A stretch of 64,000 bases of DNA from Candidatus Magasanikiibacteriota bacterium (GCA_963802255.1 CAWDHY010000001.1:491842-555841), one strand, 5' to 3'; positions 30,456-41,025 are shown, numbered from the stretch's first letter. Program-made: numbers and translations. Notes: generated by a model not told the origin, from the letters alone.

Positions 30456-31271
30456 TTACTCGTTTATCCCCACAAACGGTGTCGCTTCACCCCAATAAGT
30501 CGGCACTTTTCCATCCCACTTTTCTATCCAGCGTAATTCCACGACCTTCGGGTTTAAAATAAGGGCCTGAGCTTCAGTTTTGATAGCTTTTGCCTTTCCT
30601 TCTGCTTCTATCACTTTTTGGTCCGCTTCAATCCGGATTCTCTCCAAATCCCGCTCTGCCTTGAGTTTAAGTTGTTCAGCCGTTACCTTGGCTTCAATCG
30701 CTTCATTAAACGATTTGGAAAAATCAAAAGCTGTAATATTTATTTCGTCTACGACAATATGATTTTTTATCAATCTCTCCGCTAAATTAATTTTAATCTG
30801 GTCTTTAACATCTTCACGCCTGATTATCAGCTCCTCAGCCGTAAATTTTGCCGTGACCGCTTTAACCGCCTCCTGGATTGATGGCGCGATTATGCGTGAG
30901 TTATAATCTTTCCCCACATCCCGCCAAATAACATTCACATTAGCCGGCGACAGATGGTAATTTATAGCAATTTTTGATGTGACTATCTGCAAATCTTTGG
31001 AAGACGCGCTTGCAGGCACTTCATCTTTTTGCATTTTAACATCCATTTTTACTACCCTTTGTATTAAAGGAATTTTAAAATAAAGACCTTCACCAAATAC
31101 CTTGTCCTTAACAGCTCCAAATTGTAACAGCACTCCTCTTTCACCCGCTCCCACAGTTCCTACTGAACCAAATATTAACGATGCGACAACAACCACAAGC
31201 GCTGAAAGCAATATGCTTTTTTTTATTTTCTTAATATTTTCTATCTGCTGTGGATCAAATACATTGTTCAT
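30456..31271 (-). CDS. Prohibitin/SPFH (band 7) family protein
   Basis: VGAGERGV, EGLYFKIP, SKDLQ, FNEAIEAKVTAEQ, KWDG. Confidence 0.93.
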   Translation of the reverse strand: MNNVFDPQQIENIKKIKKSILLSALVVVVASLIFGSVGTVGAGERGVLLQFGAVKDKVFGEGLYFKIPLIQRVVKMDVKMQKDEVPASASSKDLQIVTSKIAINYHLSPANVNVIWRDVGKDYNSRIIAPSIQEAVKAVTAKFTAEELIIRREDVKDQIKINLAERLIKNHIVVDEINITAFDFSKSFNEAIEAKVTAEQLKLKAERDLERIRIEADQKVIEAEGKAKAIKTEAQALILNPKVVELRWIEKWDGKVPTYWGEATPFVGINE

Positions 31272-31290
31272 ATTTCGCGATTATATTAAA

Positions 31291-31866
31291 TTAACGGCTC
31301 CTTAATGTCTTAATAATTTTTTTCAACTCAACCATTTTAATTTCTCTCCCGACCATAAGCTTAGTCAATGTTTCCAATTCCTTAATTTTAGTGAGTAATT
31401 TTTTCGTCCGCTCGCCAACCTTCGCTTCAAGTCCTTTCATATAATCGGCCATTTTTTCATCCAGCTTTCTTCTTGTTGTTATATCCTCCATAGCCAGGAC
31501 AATCAATTGTAATGAGTCAATTCGTTTAGCATTAATTAAAATGAATTTTTCTCCGATTTTTTGAAATTTATGCCTAACTTCGTAGTTTGTGACAATTTTG
31601 TTTTTTGGCAGTATTTCCTCGAGCAGTTTTTTTAGAACTTCAATATTCCACTGTCCATTACCTAAATCATAAAAAAACTTGTTAACCGTATCTTTTGGTT
31701 TAACGCGAAAATAATCATAAAAAATAGGATTAGCCGTGATAATGCGTAAATCGCAATCTAAAATTATAAAAGGTTCTCGGGCCACATCAACAAGCATTTT
31801 CATGTAATGTACCGCATTTTTACGCAAATCTTGATTTATTTTTGATTTTATTTTGTTTACAGCCAT
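31291..31866 (-). CDS. PAS-domain protein with C-terminal coiled coil
   Basis: REPFIILD.DLRIITAN..FY...LGNGQW...EDIT; no kinase domain follows. Confidence 0.8.
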   Translation of the reverse strand: MAVNKIKSKINQDLRKNAVHYMKMLVDVAREPFIILDCDLRIITANPIFYDYFRVKPKDTVNKFFYDLGNGQWNIEVLKKLLEEILPKNKIVTNYEVRHKFQKIGEKFILINAKRIDSLQLIVLAMEDITTRRKLDEKMADYMKGLEAKVGERTKKLLTKIKELETLTKLMVGREIKMVELKKIIKTLRSR

Positions 31867-31954
31867 ATTAAACAAAAATACTTAATAAATACTTTTTTTA
31901 TTGTACCATTTACTAACGATAAGCTCAAACTGCTTATATAAAAAGGTAAATTTG

Positions 31955-33160
31955 TTAATCAATCTCCTGCGACAATAATATCCTAGCCTTTTCCTGCCAA
32001 ATCAACTCTCCCCTATTTTCCATTTCAAGAAGGTAGTCCGCGATAATTGCTTCCCGTTCTTGTTTTTCGGGCAATAATTTTATGTAAGCGAGTAATAAAT
32101 CGTATTGTGCCACCAGCCGTTTATCGTTATCTTCAATTTGAAGCCATAAATTGTTCTGATAAGCCCAAGATATAAATTCCGGGTTCTCAATATTTTCTTC
32201 AATCACGCCCAACAATTTTGCCTGTACTGTCTCTTCTTCTACTCCGGAATAATCATTTTTATTGAGCAAATGTTTTATCGGCCCCAAAGTTATGTCAAGG
32301 TATTCTTCTATTCGTTCCGGTTCATAAGGGATATCCTGAACAGGATACAGAGGGCGCATGGTCAAATGAATTTTTTCCGGATGATTGGCCACATCCATAG
32401 CGGATACCGCTTCAATCAATTTTTGAGCTTGATTAAAAGACAAATCGGTTTTGATCGTTTTGTAGACAATATATTGTAAAGCAGTATCCAATTTTGATAT
32501 TTCCGTCGGGATAAACTGAACCATCATTTGTTTGATGAAGGTGGAATGATTATGAGCGCGCTGAGGCTCGCCGATGGCATAACCCTGGCGTTGTCTTAGC
32601 CACTGAAGAGTTTCAGTGGTTGGCAGATTCAAGTTGCGCAGAATTCCAAGCACTTCGGAAAAACCGACAACTGCTAAATAATCGGCTTTAACCCCGAGAA
32701 TTTTTTCAATCTGCTTTATGCCATATTCCAAACCGCCCAGACCGCAGGCATTTGATACATAATAATCGGAAGATGTTGAGCCTTTTCCGGGTGGCAGAGG
32801 TGAATATGTACCGCGAGGCACGGCTGTAATCGTGACGTTGTCGGAATTCTTATCTATTGTGACAAGTTGGATCGCATCACAATGTCCGTTCTCCTGACCG
32901 ATGCGTGAATCAAGACCGATAAAAAGCAACCGCACCATATTATCTTCGCCAAAAATATCTTCAATTCCCTCTTCAGAACTATTTACACGGCGGGAATCAA
33001 TAATACTATCAATCGCCTGATTTCTAGCTTTTTCAACCGCACGTTCTGCCGCTACGGCTCGCAACCAAAATACTCCCCTGATTAACAACCAGATAGACAA
33101 CCCTGAAATTAGGATAATTAAAAAAATGGTAATTTTCCTTTTTATTTTCATAAAATTCAT
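31955..33160 (-). CDS. LCP (LytR-CpsA-Psr) family protein
   Basis: N-terminal TM helix; LLFIGLDSR, CDAIQL, VPRGT, LRQR...QR. Confidence 0.8.
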   Translation of the reverse strand: MNFMKIKRKITIFLIILISGLSIWLLIRGVFWLRAVAAERAVEKARNQAIDSIIDSRRVNSSEEGIEDIFGEDNMVRLLFIGLDSRIGQENGHCDAIQLVTIDKNSDNVTITAVPRGTYSPLPPGKGSTSSDYYVSNACGLGGLEYGIKQIEKILGVKADYLAVVGFSEVLGILRNLNLPTTETLQWLRQRQGYAIGEPQRAHNHSTFIKQMMVQFIPTEISKLDTALQYIVYKTIKTDLSFNQAQKLIEAVSAMDVANHPEKIHLTMRPLYPVQDIPYEPERIEEYLDITLGPIKHLLNKNDYSGVEEETVQAKLLGVIEENIENPEFISWAYQNNLWLQIEDNDKRLVAQYDLLLAYIKLLPEKQEREAIIADYLLEMENRGELIWQEKARILLSQEID

Positions 33161-33250
33161 TTTACTCCTCCTGCCAAAAAAGGCAATATATACGGCGTTT
33201 ATTTACTAAAATATCGTACTCATCCGATATTGTGCACAAATCAATATATA

Positions 33251-33279
33251 TTGACTTTTTAGTATATTTATGCTACACT
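33251..33279 (+). promoter_or_regulatory. Sigma70-type promoter of the cold-shock gene
   Basis: TTGACT-17 bp-TACACT with extended -10 TG. Confidence 0.65.
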
Positions 33280-33369
33280 AATATTCACAAAAATATCCCA
33301 GGTAGGAACATAGTCGAATTTTACCCGTGATCAATTTTTGTAAATTATTCACAATGTTTCTATCTACCT

Positions 33370-33570
33370 ATGACAGGTACTATCAAGACTCTGATTGCAG
33401 ATAAGAACTTTGGCTTTATCACCCCTGAAGATGGCTCAAAAGATTTATTCTTTCACGCCACTTCTTTAAACGGTATTGATTTTACCGCTTTAAAGCAGGG
33501 TGATGCAGTCACTTTCGAAGTCGAGCAGTCGGAAAAAGGTCCGAGAGCAGTCAATGTCGCTCGCGCCTAA
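33370..33570 (+). CDS. Cold-shock protein
   Basis: KNFGFI (RNP1), LFFH (RNP2), KGPRAVNV. Confidence 0.96.
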   Translation: MTGTIKTLIADKNFGFITPEDGSKDLFFHATSLNGIDFTALKQGDAVTFEVEQSEKGPRAVNVARA

Positions 33571-33625
33571 TACCTCTTAAAAAAAGCCCTCCTGAAAATG
33601 GAGGGTTTTTTAATATATAAAATTT

Positions 33626-34957
33626 TTAAAATTCGGTCAGTTTATCGTCTTCATCCGGACGCTTTACACCGTGAAAAACAGCATCAATAATATTTTGCAC
33701 GCCAAATTGCCGGCCATCCAAAAAACCTGACATAGCCGCTTCCGCAAGCCAGCCTGATTCAACCCAGTCAAAAAGCCATTCATTGGTATAGCGCGGATTA
33801 TCCTGGAATATTCCGGCTCCGATCGTCTTTAACCATGTTTTATTAAACACTTCCTGTGAACCGATCGGAGGGGCAGTGACGATCGGCAGGCCCAAGGCGC
33901 TATAAAACACCAATTCGCTCGGTTTAGTCCAAAGAACATCGGTTTCACGCAGGCATTCATTAAACCGCCTGAAATAATCTTCTTTGTGAATATCAAATAA
34001 AATATGCAAGTTTCGCTCATACGCTTTGCTGAGCCCTGTTTTTTTTATTCTCTCGTGAAAATAACGATAGACATCATTTCTCGTGCCGGCAACCAGATTA
34101 AAATTAATTTCATTATTTAATATTTTCTTTTTTAAACTGATTAATATATCATCTGCTAATACCTTTTGTGCGCCGGCGCCTCCGACTGCGAATGTTACGG
34201 TTAATGGATGATTATGTTTTGCCTCAATCTTTATATCCTTCAAAAAATGTCTAATCGTTTCCGCATATTTTTTTCTATAACGTTTTTCCGGGTCAAGATT
34301 TATCAGTCTTTCCGCAACATCAGATTTTAATTTTCCTAAATTTGCGCCACCCAAGTTTTCTTCCGGTAAGGGAAACCCAGTCAGAAATATGTTTCCTTCC
34401 TTTACGCCATATGATTTTAGCCTTTCAACCACCCGCCGGCACGGTGCTAAATATTTAATGCGACTATGAGCCGGATTTAGAGCCACCCATGTGCGGCTGA
34501 TATCCGAGTCGCAGATAATGGTGTAAATTTCATTTTTAAAACCATGCTCTTCAGCAAAAAAAGCAACCGTAAAAAAAGAAGTGATTAGAGGGACATCTTC
34601 CTGATTCAGATAATCAATCAAATCCTTCCCCCATCCGCCCCTTATCCAGTTGTACATCTCTCTAATTTGAAGCGTGGGCTTGGATAAATCACGTCGGGGA
34701 TAAAACTGCGGTATCGCCTGAAGTTTGTCATATTGATTGAAAAGCCAGTTTCCAACAACCGGTATATTAGTCAATCGTGAAACGAATTCATAAAAAGACC
34801 GCGTTCTTTTCCATATTTTAAGATCGTGGCTTGGGATACCCCGGTAATTATTAGCATTGATGACTTGGCCCGTCGGCGACAAATGCCGAAGAGGATGAGC
34901 GGCGCGCTGATGGCCATAACCCATATCCACAGCTACAATCCATGCTTTGTAATCCAT
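33626..34957 (-). CDS. GT-B fold glycosyltransferase-like protein
   Basis: VDMGYGHQRAA, TGFPLP, WTKPSEL...PIGSQE resemble MGDG-synthase-like GT-B motifs. Confidence 0.7.
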   Translation of the reverse strand: MDYKAWIVAVDMGYGHQRAAHPLRHLSPTGQVINANNYRGIPSHDLKIWKRTRSFYEFVSRLTNIPVVGNWLFNQYDKLQAIPQFYPRRDLSKPTLQIREMYNWIRGGWGKDLIDYLNQEDVPLITSFFTVAFFAEEHGFKNEIYTIICDSDISRTWVALNPAHSRIKYLAPCRRVVERLKSYGVKEGNIFLTGFPLPEENLGGANLGKLKSDVAERLINLDPEKRYRKKYAETIRHFLKDIKIEAKHNHPLTVTFAVGGAGAQKVLADDILISLKKKILNNEINFNLVAGTRNDVYRYFHERIKKTGLSKAYERNLHILFDIHKEDYFRRFNECLRETDVLWTKPSELVFYSALGLPIVTAPPIGSQEVFNKTWLKTIGAGIFQDNPRYTNEWLFDWVESGWLAEAAMSGFLDGRQFGVQNIIDAVFHGVKRPDEDDKLTEF

Positions 34958-34958
34958 A

Positions 34959-35663
34959 TTACTTCCTCCTTAATAATTTATTTTTCGCGAAAATAAAACC
35001 CATTTTTTTATCAAATTTTGACGGAAAAACCTGAACGCCAAAATGATTTTCCCGTAATATTTGCTCTAAAACTTTATGATTTTTTGAGCCGAAATTATGA
35101 TATTCAAAAATAAAAAAATTGATTATCAAAAAATCTTTGGCGGATAAATTTGAAATGACATCATATTCTCCGCCTTCAATATCCATCTTTACCAAATCAA
35201 TACATTTCAGTTTATATTTTTTTGCTAAATCCGGCAGAGCGCAGGTATTCACCTTAACTGCTTTTTCGCTAGTGAGAAACCCCGCGTTTTTTAAGGAATG
35301 ATTCTGACTGTCATCTGAAATTAGCAGCTCAGCATCCCCACTTTCTCCCGTTAATGCCGCAGATAATGGCTCTACATTTTTGACATTATTTAATCTGAAA
35401 TTCTCGAGCATAAAAGCATAATTCCTTTCCTCTGGTTCAAGCGCCAAAATTTTGACTTTTGAATTTAGAATTCTGCAATAAATTGTAAAATAGCCCGCGT
35501 GCGCACCAGCGTCTATAATTGCTGTTTTGGCATTGATAATTACGTCTTCCGCGCTCCTATATTCTCTATATTTGAATATTTCTCCTGCGACACTATCATC
35601 CACATCATCACGCAATTGAAGTTCAATTTGTTTGCCTGATAATTTTACTCTTCTAGTTTTCAT
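34959..35663 (-). CDS. FkbM family methyltransferase
   Basis: IDAGAHAGYF, LEPE, KMDIEGGE, EYH. Confidence 0.92.
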   Translation of the reverse strand: MKTRRVKLSGKQIELQLRDDVDDSVAGEIFKYREYRSAEDVIINAKTAIIDAGAHAGYFTIYCRILNSKVKILALEPEERNYAFMLENFRLNNVKNVEPLSAALTGESGDAELLISDDSQNHSLKNAGFLTSEKAVKVNTCALPDLAKKYKLKCIDLVKMDIEGGEYDVISNLSAKDFLIINFFIFEYHNFGSKNHKVLEQILRENHFGVQVFPSKFDKKMGFIFAKNKLLRRK

Positions 35664-35734
35664 ATGGTTAATTATACATCAAATATCAACGAAAAACAAA
35701 AAAGCCACGCCAATAGCGTGCTATATTTCACTCG

Positions 35735-35805
35735 TTCCGGGGCTTGGAATCGAACCAAGATAGACAGCTTCAAAGGCTGTTGTCCTACCTTTAGACGACC
35801 CCGGA
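35735..35805 (-). tRNA. tRNA-Gln(TTG)
   Basis: TCCGGGG...ACAGC CT TTG AA GCTGT...CTTGG TTCGATT CCAAG CCCCGGA cloverleaf. Confidence 0.93.
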
Positions 35806-35807
35806 AA

Positions 35808-36716
35808 TTAAACCTTTAACTGTCGTCTCATTGCCAAGAAGCTTGACGCAATAGTCAATATGAGTACAGCTAAAGCCTGAATACCAAACAGGTAGAAGAT
35901 ATGCGAATTATAGTAATTTGTCAAGCTGAAACTATTGGGAAAAACGATCTGAACATAAGGATCAATCCAGCGCAAGGCCATATATATGAGACCGCCGGTC
36001 AGACCCACGCTAAGAATTGTATAAATAACTGATTCAATGACATACGGCCCTTTAATGAACCAGCTGGAAGCCCCAACCAGGCGTTTGATGCTGATTTCAA
36101 TCCGGTGCGTATAAATCGCCACCCTTACCGTATTAAAAATAATCAAAAATGAAATTACGGCAAAAAGCACAGACAGGCCAAAACCAAGACGCTCAATCCG
36201 GTTAGTTATATTTTGAATCTTTTCAATCCCCTCTTCATGACCTTCAAAACTTTTTGTTTCAATTAAGTTTTCATATTCCGGCACATCAAGCGCCGACAAA
36301 ACTTTTTTATAATCTTCAGGTTCCCGGGTTTTAATAATTAGGGTCGGGCCAAAAGGATTTTCGCCCAATTCTGTTAATCCAGCCAATACATCCTCACTGA
36401 GTTTATGACGCTCTTCAAAAGACTTCAAAACATCTTCGCGGGTCATCAATTGGGCATCTATCACTTCGGGAAATTGCGCTAAATATTTTTGAACATCAGT
36501 CACTTCTTTATCCAGCGCTTCCGCTTTGAAATACAAGCTAACATTAATTTGATTTTTAACCAATTTAACCGCTTCTTTTGTTACAACATCTACCGACCAT
36601 AAAACATTGACGGATAAAAGCATCAACACAAGAATAAAAACCGTCATGAAAGACAGGCCAATATTGCGTCCAAGGTCCTGAAAAGCGAATTTTAGTAATC
36701 TCCAAAATGCGGTCAT
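35808..36716 (-). CDS. ftsX: Cell division permease FtsX
   Basis: Four TM helices with large loop, NTVRVAI...EI.IKRLVGAS..FIKGP; downstream of ftsE. Confidence 0.92.
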   Translation of the reverse strand: MTAFWRLLKFAFQDLGRNIGLSFMTVFILVLMLLSVNVLWSVDVVTKEAVKLVKNQINVSLYFKAEALDKEVTDVQKYLAQFPEVIDAQLMTREDVLKSFEERHKLSEDVLAGLTELGENPFGPTLIIKTREPEDYKKVLSALDVPEYENLIETKSFEGHEEGIEKIQNITNRIERLGFGLSVLFAVISFLIIFNTVRVAIYTHRIEISIKRLVGASSWFIKGPYVIESVIYTILSVGLTGGLIYMALRWIDPYVQIVFPNSFSLTNYYNSHIFYLFGIQALAVLILTIASSFLAMRRQLKV

Positions 36717-37393
36717 AAACGATATTTACCTTCGCGTTCGTCAGATGAAATTTCACCGCCTCGCAAAGTTATTACCCGCCGTCGCAAGCTGTTTACAATC
36801 TCGCGATTATGCGTCGCGAGCAAAACGGTTGTACCGAATTCATTAATTTTTTTTAAAATTTCAATTATTTCAACCGTATTTATAGAATCGAGATTTCCGG
36901 TCGGTTCGTCCGCAATCATTATTTTTGGACGATGCACCAGTGATCTGGCTATTGCTACACGCTGTTGCTCGCCTCCGGAGAGTTGTTGGGGATAACGATG
37001 ATATTTATCGCTAAGCCCCACAATATCCAAGACCTGCGGTACTACTTTATGAATTCGCTCCCCTGTTTCACCGGCAACTTCAAGAGCAAAAGCTACGTTT
37101 TCATATACAGTTTTTTTCGGCAATAATTTGAAATCCTGAAAAATAACGCCTATCTGACGCCTTAGAAATGGTATATCAACCGGACTGATACTGGTAATGT
37201 CCCAATCCCCGATAAAAATTTGCCCCTTTGTCGGTTTTTCCTCGGCAATTAATATTTTTACCAATGTTGATTTTCCCGTTCCGCTCTGTCCGACAATAGA
37301 AACTAACTCGCCGGCGCCTATGTGCAAGTTGATATCGCGAAGCCCGATAGATTCTTCGCTGTAAATTTTGCTTACTCCATTTAACCGAATCAT
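36713..37393 (-). CDS. ftsE: Cell division ATPase FtsE
   Basis: [41 protein letters not shown]; start at MIRLNGV. Confidence 0.94.
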   Translation of the reverse strand: MIRLNGVSKIYSEESIGLRDINLHIGAGELVSIVGQSGTGKSTLVKILIAEEKPTKGQIFIGDWDITSISPVDIPFLRRQIGVIFQDFKLLPKKTVYENVAFALEVAGETGERIHKVVPQVLDIVGLSDKYHRYPQQLSGGEQQRVAIARSLVHRPKIMIADEPTGNLDSINTVEIIEILKKINEFGTTVLLATHNREIVNSLRRRVITLRGGEISSDEREGKYRL

Positions 37394-37465
37394 AACAATA
37401 TAAATTATACCATATTTTTTTGTAAGCAGACAATCACAAAATGATACGCATTTTTGACTCAATTG

Positions 37466-37537
37466 AGCCGACCGCGGGATTTGAACCCGCAACCTACGGT
37501 TTACGATACCGTTGCTCTACCGTTGAGCTAGGTCGGC
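37466..37537 (-). tRNA. tRNA-Thr(CGT)
   Basis: GCCGACC...ACGGT AT CGT AA ACCGT...GCGGG TTCAAAT CCCGC GGTCGGC T. Confidence 0.92.
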
Positions 37538-37571
37538 GTCGAAAGCAAAGTAATCTTTGCTCCGTACTCCG

Positions 37572-37642
37572 AGCGGGATACGAGAATCGAACTCGCATCT
37601 CTTGCTTGGGAAGCAAGCATACTACCACTGTACTAATCCCGC
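37572..37642 (-). tRNA. tRNA-Gly(CCC)
   Basis: GCGGGAT...CTTGC TT CCC AA GCAAG...GCGAG TTCGATT CTCGT ATCCCGC T. Confidence 0.93.
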
Positions 37643-37682
37643 TTTAGAAAAGGCGGGGAATTACCCCGCCTTTATGGGCAAA

Positions 37683-38714
37683 TTATTCAACATCCAGCGG
37701 ATTGTGTATTTTTGATATATACCAATTCACATCAGCTTTTCGGCGCTCAGCATCGATCATCACTGCGTATTTTGGCAGGCTGAAAAATATATGTCTTGCT
37801 TTAACTTTTTCTACATCAACCATTTTTCCGTTCGCGTCCGCTTCTTTTTCAGTCGTTTTATCCTCTAACAAAATAATGTGATAGCCCTCGGGTGATTCTA
37901 CAAGCTCCTGACTAATTTCACCTTTTTCCATTGAGAAAACCGCCTGTTCAAATTGCGGCACCATCTCTCCTTTTGCGAACCAGCCGAGATCACCACCCTT
38001 CAGGGCGGTCGCGTCTTCTCCATATTTCGTGGCCATTTCTTCAAAATTGGCACCAGCCAAAATCTGGGCCAGTACCGATTCGGCTAAAGCAATTTTTTCT
38101 TCACGCAATTTGGTTCCCATTTCAATATATTCATACAATTTCCCCTGTATGATATACGGTCTGATGACATTATTTTCATACTCTTGGAAAGTCCAGCCGT
38201 AGCGGGCCAATATTTCCTGTTCGGCTGTCGCCTGATCCGCAAAATTCGAAAGCAACTGCTCTTTAATATTCGCCACATCAGTTTCCAAAACGGATAAATT
38301 ATATTTCTTTGCCAAATCATCCACAATTACATTATCTATCAGCCGGTTGACTACATTATCTGACAATTCAACCTCGGTTAATCCGGCCATATCGCCCCCA
38401 TATTGTTTATCATAATCTTGCAACAGATGGATCGCTCTCATGTCACCGATGTAAGATGAATAAGAAATCACATGGCCATTGACCTTTGCGAGGGGCAATC
38501 TTAACACCGAAGATACTATCTTTGTGGCATTATCAGTAGCTCCCTGAAAATAAACCCGTATTACCCCATAACCGGCAAAAACAATCACGATCAAGCCAAT
38601 TAAACCGAATAAACCATACAGAAATAAGTCGCGATTTTTTCTGCCTTTGTCCGATAATTTACTCCGCTCATTTTTTGGCGCTTCAGTCTGCTCCGTTGTT
38701 GATATATTATCCAT
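37683..38714 (-). CDS. PrsA/SurA-like parvulin peptidyl-prolyl isomerase
   Basis: TM anchor; FEEMATKYGED...GGDLGWF..GEMVPQFE. Confidence 0.92.
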   Translation of the reverse strand: MDNISTTEQTEAPKNERSKLSDKGRKNRDLFLYGLFGLIGLIVIVFAGYGVIRVYFQGATDNATKIVSSVLRLPLAKVNGHVISYSSYIGDMRAIHLLQDYDKQYGGDMAGLTEVELSDNVVNRLIDNVIVDDLAKKYNLSVLETDVANIKEQLLSNFADQATAEQEILARYGWTFQEYENNVIRPYIIQGKLYEYIEMGTKLREEKIALAESVLAQILAGANFEEMATKYGEDATALKGGDLGWFAKGEMVPQFEQAVFSMEKGEISQELVESPEGYHIILLEDKTTEKEADANGKMVDVEKVKARHIFFSLPKYAVMIDAERRKADVNWYISKIHNPLDVE

Positions 38715-38720
38715 ACTAAA

Positions 38721-39119
38721 TTAATTTGCGGTGAAAAAATTCCACCATTTAATAATATTTGAAATGCTGGTTGATTCTACCATTTTGTCATTTTCTTGTC
38801 TACTGTCCGCCAAGCTATCCCCTGAGCCGCTGATAATAGCCACCTGTTCACCCGGTTTAACCATATTAAACTCCATTCGCGCTTTTTTTTCGGCGAAATC
38901 TGAAGATTGAACAAACTTCAGAATCTCCAATGTTTCTATTTTTTTCGTTTCCAAATTGCCGGCTTCCAATTTTAGACGTCCGATTTCCTGTTCTATCTGA
39001 TAATCCTGATAGTATGACCTGATGAAGGCAAAACCGACAAAAAAAATACCTGCCAATAAAATAAATAGGAAAAATTTTGAGTAGAAAAATTGTGACCAGC
39101 CACTATTTCTTTTACTCAT
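38721..39119 (-). CDS. Septum formation initiator (FtsB/DivIC) family protein
   Basis: TM helix, coiled coil, EKKARMEFNMVKPGE. Confidence 0.88.
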   Translation of the reverse strand: MSKRNSGWSQFFYSKFFLFILLAGIFFVGFAFIRSYYQDYQIEQEIGRLKLEAGNLETKKIETLEILKFVQSSDFAEKKARMEFNMVKPGEQVAIISGSGDSLADSRQENDKMVESTSISNIIKWWNFFTAN

Positions 39120-39121
39120 AG

Positions 39122-39748
39122 CTATTTACCGTTTTCAAAATTATCAATTTGATTATCAACACGGTTTTTAATTTCAGTTAACTCATTTATACCAAGCGAA
39201 GACAAAACGCGGTAAAAATTATTGATTGCCAGTTGATTGCCGGCCACTTGTCTGCGTTTCATAACCCTTCCGGATATTTCCGTTAATTGATCGGCGAAAA
39301 ATTGCGCTTGGTGCACTCCATGTAGAGTCAGGGCATAAGAATCGCTGAATACATCAATTGTAATGTCGCCATAATCAAAAAAACGAGCGCCAAATCCTTT
39401 TTTATGTACAAAAATATCTTTGATTTCACTAAGAGCGGTGGCAGTGATGGTTTCGTCAAGCAAACCGTGCTTCTCAACATCCACAAGCCGGCGCGTAGTG
39501 ATTACCCAAAAGTTTTTTTTACTGGCGGACCATGCCCTGAAAATTACAATCAAACCAATAAAACCGATTGCTGTAAGCACGATATTTCCGACAACACCAT
39601 TTGCCAGGAGCCAAAAACTGAAAAAGGCTCCTAAAACTAATACGAAAATACCGGTAAAAAAATGCCAAAAATGAAAAAGGGGTGAAGAGTGAATTAATTC
39701 TATTATATCTTCCCCTTCCACTAAACTAATTTTTTTTCTGAGTGACAT
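39122..39748 (-). CDS. Bacterial PH-domain membrane protein
   Basis: Two TM helices, WVITTRRLVD...G...FDYGDITI. Confidence 0.8.
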   Translation of the reverse strand: MSLRKKISLVEGEDIIELIHSSPLFHFWHFFTGIFVLVLGAFFSFWLLANGVVGNIVLTAIGFIGLIVIFRAWSASKKNFWVITTRRLVDVEKHGLLDETITATALSEIKDIFVHKKGFGARFFDYGDITIDVFSDSYALTLHGVHQAQFFADQLTEISGRVMKRRQVAGNQLAINNFYRVLSSLGINELTEIKNRVDNQIDNFENGK

Positions 39749-41021
39749 ATTTAATTGCTTCGCGGGCGGCCTGCCGGTCGTCCCATGAAATTTTTTTACC
39801 ATTTGATATAGCAATAAACGGTTCCGTACCCTTTGCGGTAATTGCTACCATATCACCCGGCTCGGCAATTTCCATGGCTTTTTGAATGGCGAATTTTCTA
39901 TCGGTTTGAACCAGCAAATTAACACCGTCTTTTTTACCGGTTTTTCTTGCCCCGGACGCAACCATTTCTGCGATATCTGACGGATTCTCATCATAACAAT
40001 TTACGTCAGTAACGATAACTACATCAGCCATTTCACCGGCTATACGGCCCATCTCCTCTCTTTTTTGTATATCCCGCCCTCCACCGTCCGATCCTATAAC
40101 AGAAATGATTTTCCCCTTATCACTGACAAAACGCCTTAAGTTAGAAAATAATTCAGCCAGACTCATTGGTTCATGAGCATAATCAACCACAACTTTGTAC
40201 GGCTGTCCTTCATCCAAAAATTCCATTCTTCCGGCAATACCCCGCACTGACGCGAGCCCGGAAAATATTTTGTCGCTTGTGATTCCCTGCGATTGTGCCA
40301 CAGCTACTGACGCAAGCGCATTATAGACATTGAAGGCTCCGGGAACATTTATTTCATACCTCACACCATCGACCGTAAAAACGGACCGGCCGATAGTAGA
40401 TTCAAGAATTTGTCCCTGTATATTGGCACCTGGTATCTTTATTCCATAAGTAAACTTCTTATCGGCGGAAAATCGTAAGAAATAATCTGAGTTCGCGTCA
40501 TCTGTGTTGGCGATAATAATTTTTTCTATTATTTTACCGTTTATTTCTTTACGACTCTGTTGCATCAGGCGGGCAAAAATTTTACCCTTATCGCGCTTCA
40601 AATTTTCAAACCCCCCATGACGTTCCGAATGTTCAGTGCCCAAATTTGTAAATACTGCAATGTCATAATTCAAACCCACATGCCGGTACTGCAATATCCC
40701 CTCAGATGAAGTTTCAACGACCGCATATTGACATCCTGCTTTCACCATTTCGCGCAGCATTTTTTGTATCTGGCCGCGGCCAAGCATCGTCATTTTTTTA
40801 TCATTAGACCACCTTTTGTCACCAATTTGGAATTCAACGGTGGAAAGCATACCAACTTTGTAACCGGCAGCTTCCAAAACCGAGGAAATAAAACGAGAGG
40901 CGGAAGATTTGCCTTTCGTGCCGGTTACACCGATAATAATCATTTTTTTAGACGGTCTTCCGTATAAGAAATATGAAAACCAGGCAAGTTTCCAATGGTA
41001 TAGTTTCTTAAACCAATTCAT
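39726..41021 (-). CDS. murE: UDP-MurNAc-dipeptide ligase MurE
   Basis: GVTGTKGKS, ETSSEG, FTNL, GRME, VDYAH. Confidence 0.9.
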   Translation of the reverse strand: MNWFKKLYHWKLAWFSYFLYGRPSKKMIIIGVTGTKGKSSASRFISSVLEAAGYKVGMLSTVEFQIGDKRWSNDKKMTMLGRGQIQKMLREMVKAGCQYAVVETSSEGILQYRHVGLNYDIAVFTNLGTEHSERHGGFENLKRDKGKIFARLMQQSRKEINGKIIEKIIIANTDDANSDYFLRFSADKKFTYGIKIPGANIQGQILESTIGRSVFTVDGVRYEINVPGAFNVYNALASVAVAQSQGITSDKIFSGLASVRGIAGRMEFLDEGQPYKVVVDYAHEPMSLAELFSNLRRFVSDKGKIISVIGSDGGGRDIQKREEMGRIAGEMADVVIVTDVNCYDENPSDIAEMVASGARKTGKKDGVNLLVQTDRKFAIQKAMEIAEPGDMVAITAKGTEPFIAISNGKKISWDDRQAAREAIKYVTQKKN

Positions 41022-41025
41022 AATT

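Noticed and set aside
30249-30536. Track ORFs over the tRNA-linked elements (also 41675..42061 and 56486..56790) sharing the peptide REAVARQNFRKKILVEAES
   Set aside because: The shared peptide follows from the nucleotide repeat. Starts, frames and lengths differ between copies, some overlap tRNAs, and substitutions conserve base pairing rather than codons.
33285-33369. Structured cspA-type thermosensor leader
   Set aside because: A ~85-nt leader is likely, but I could not identify convincing conserved pairing by eye.
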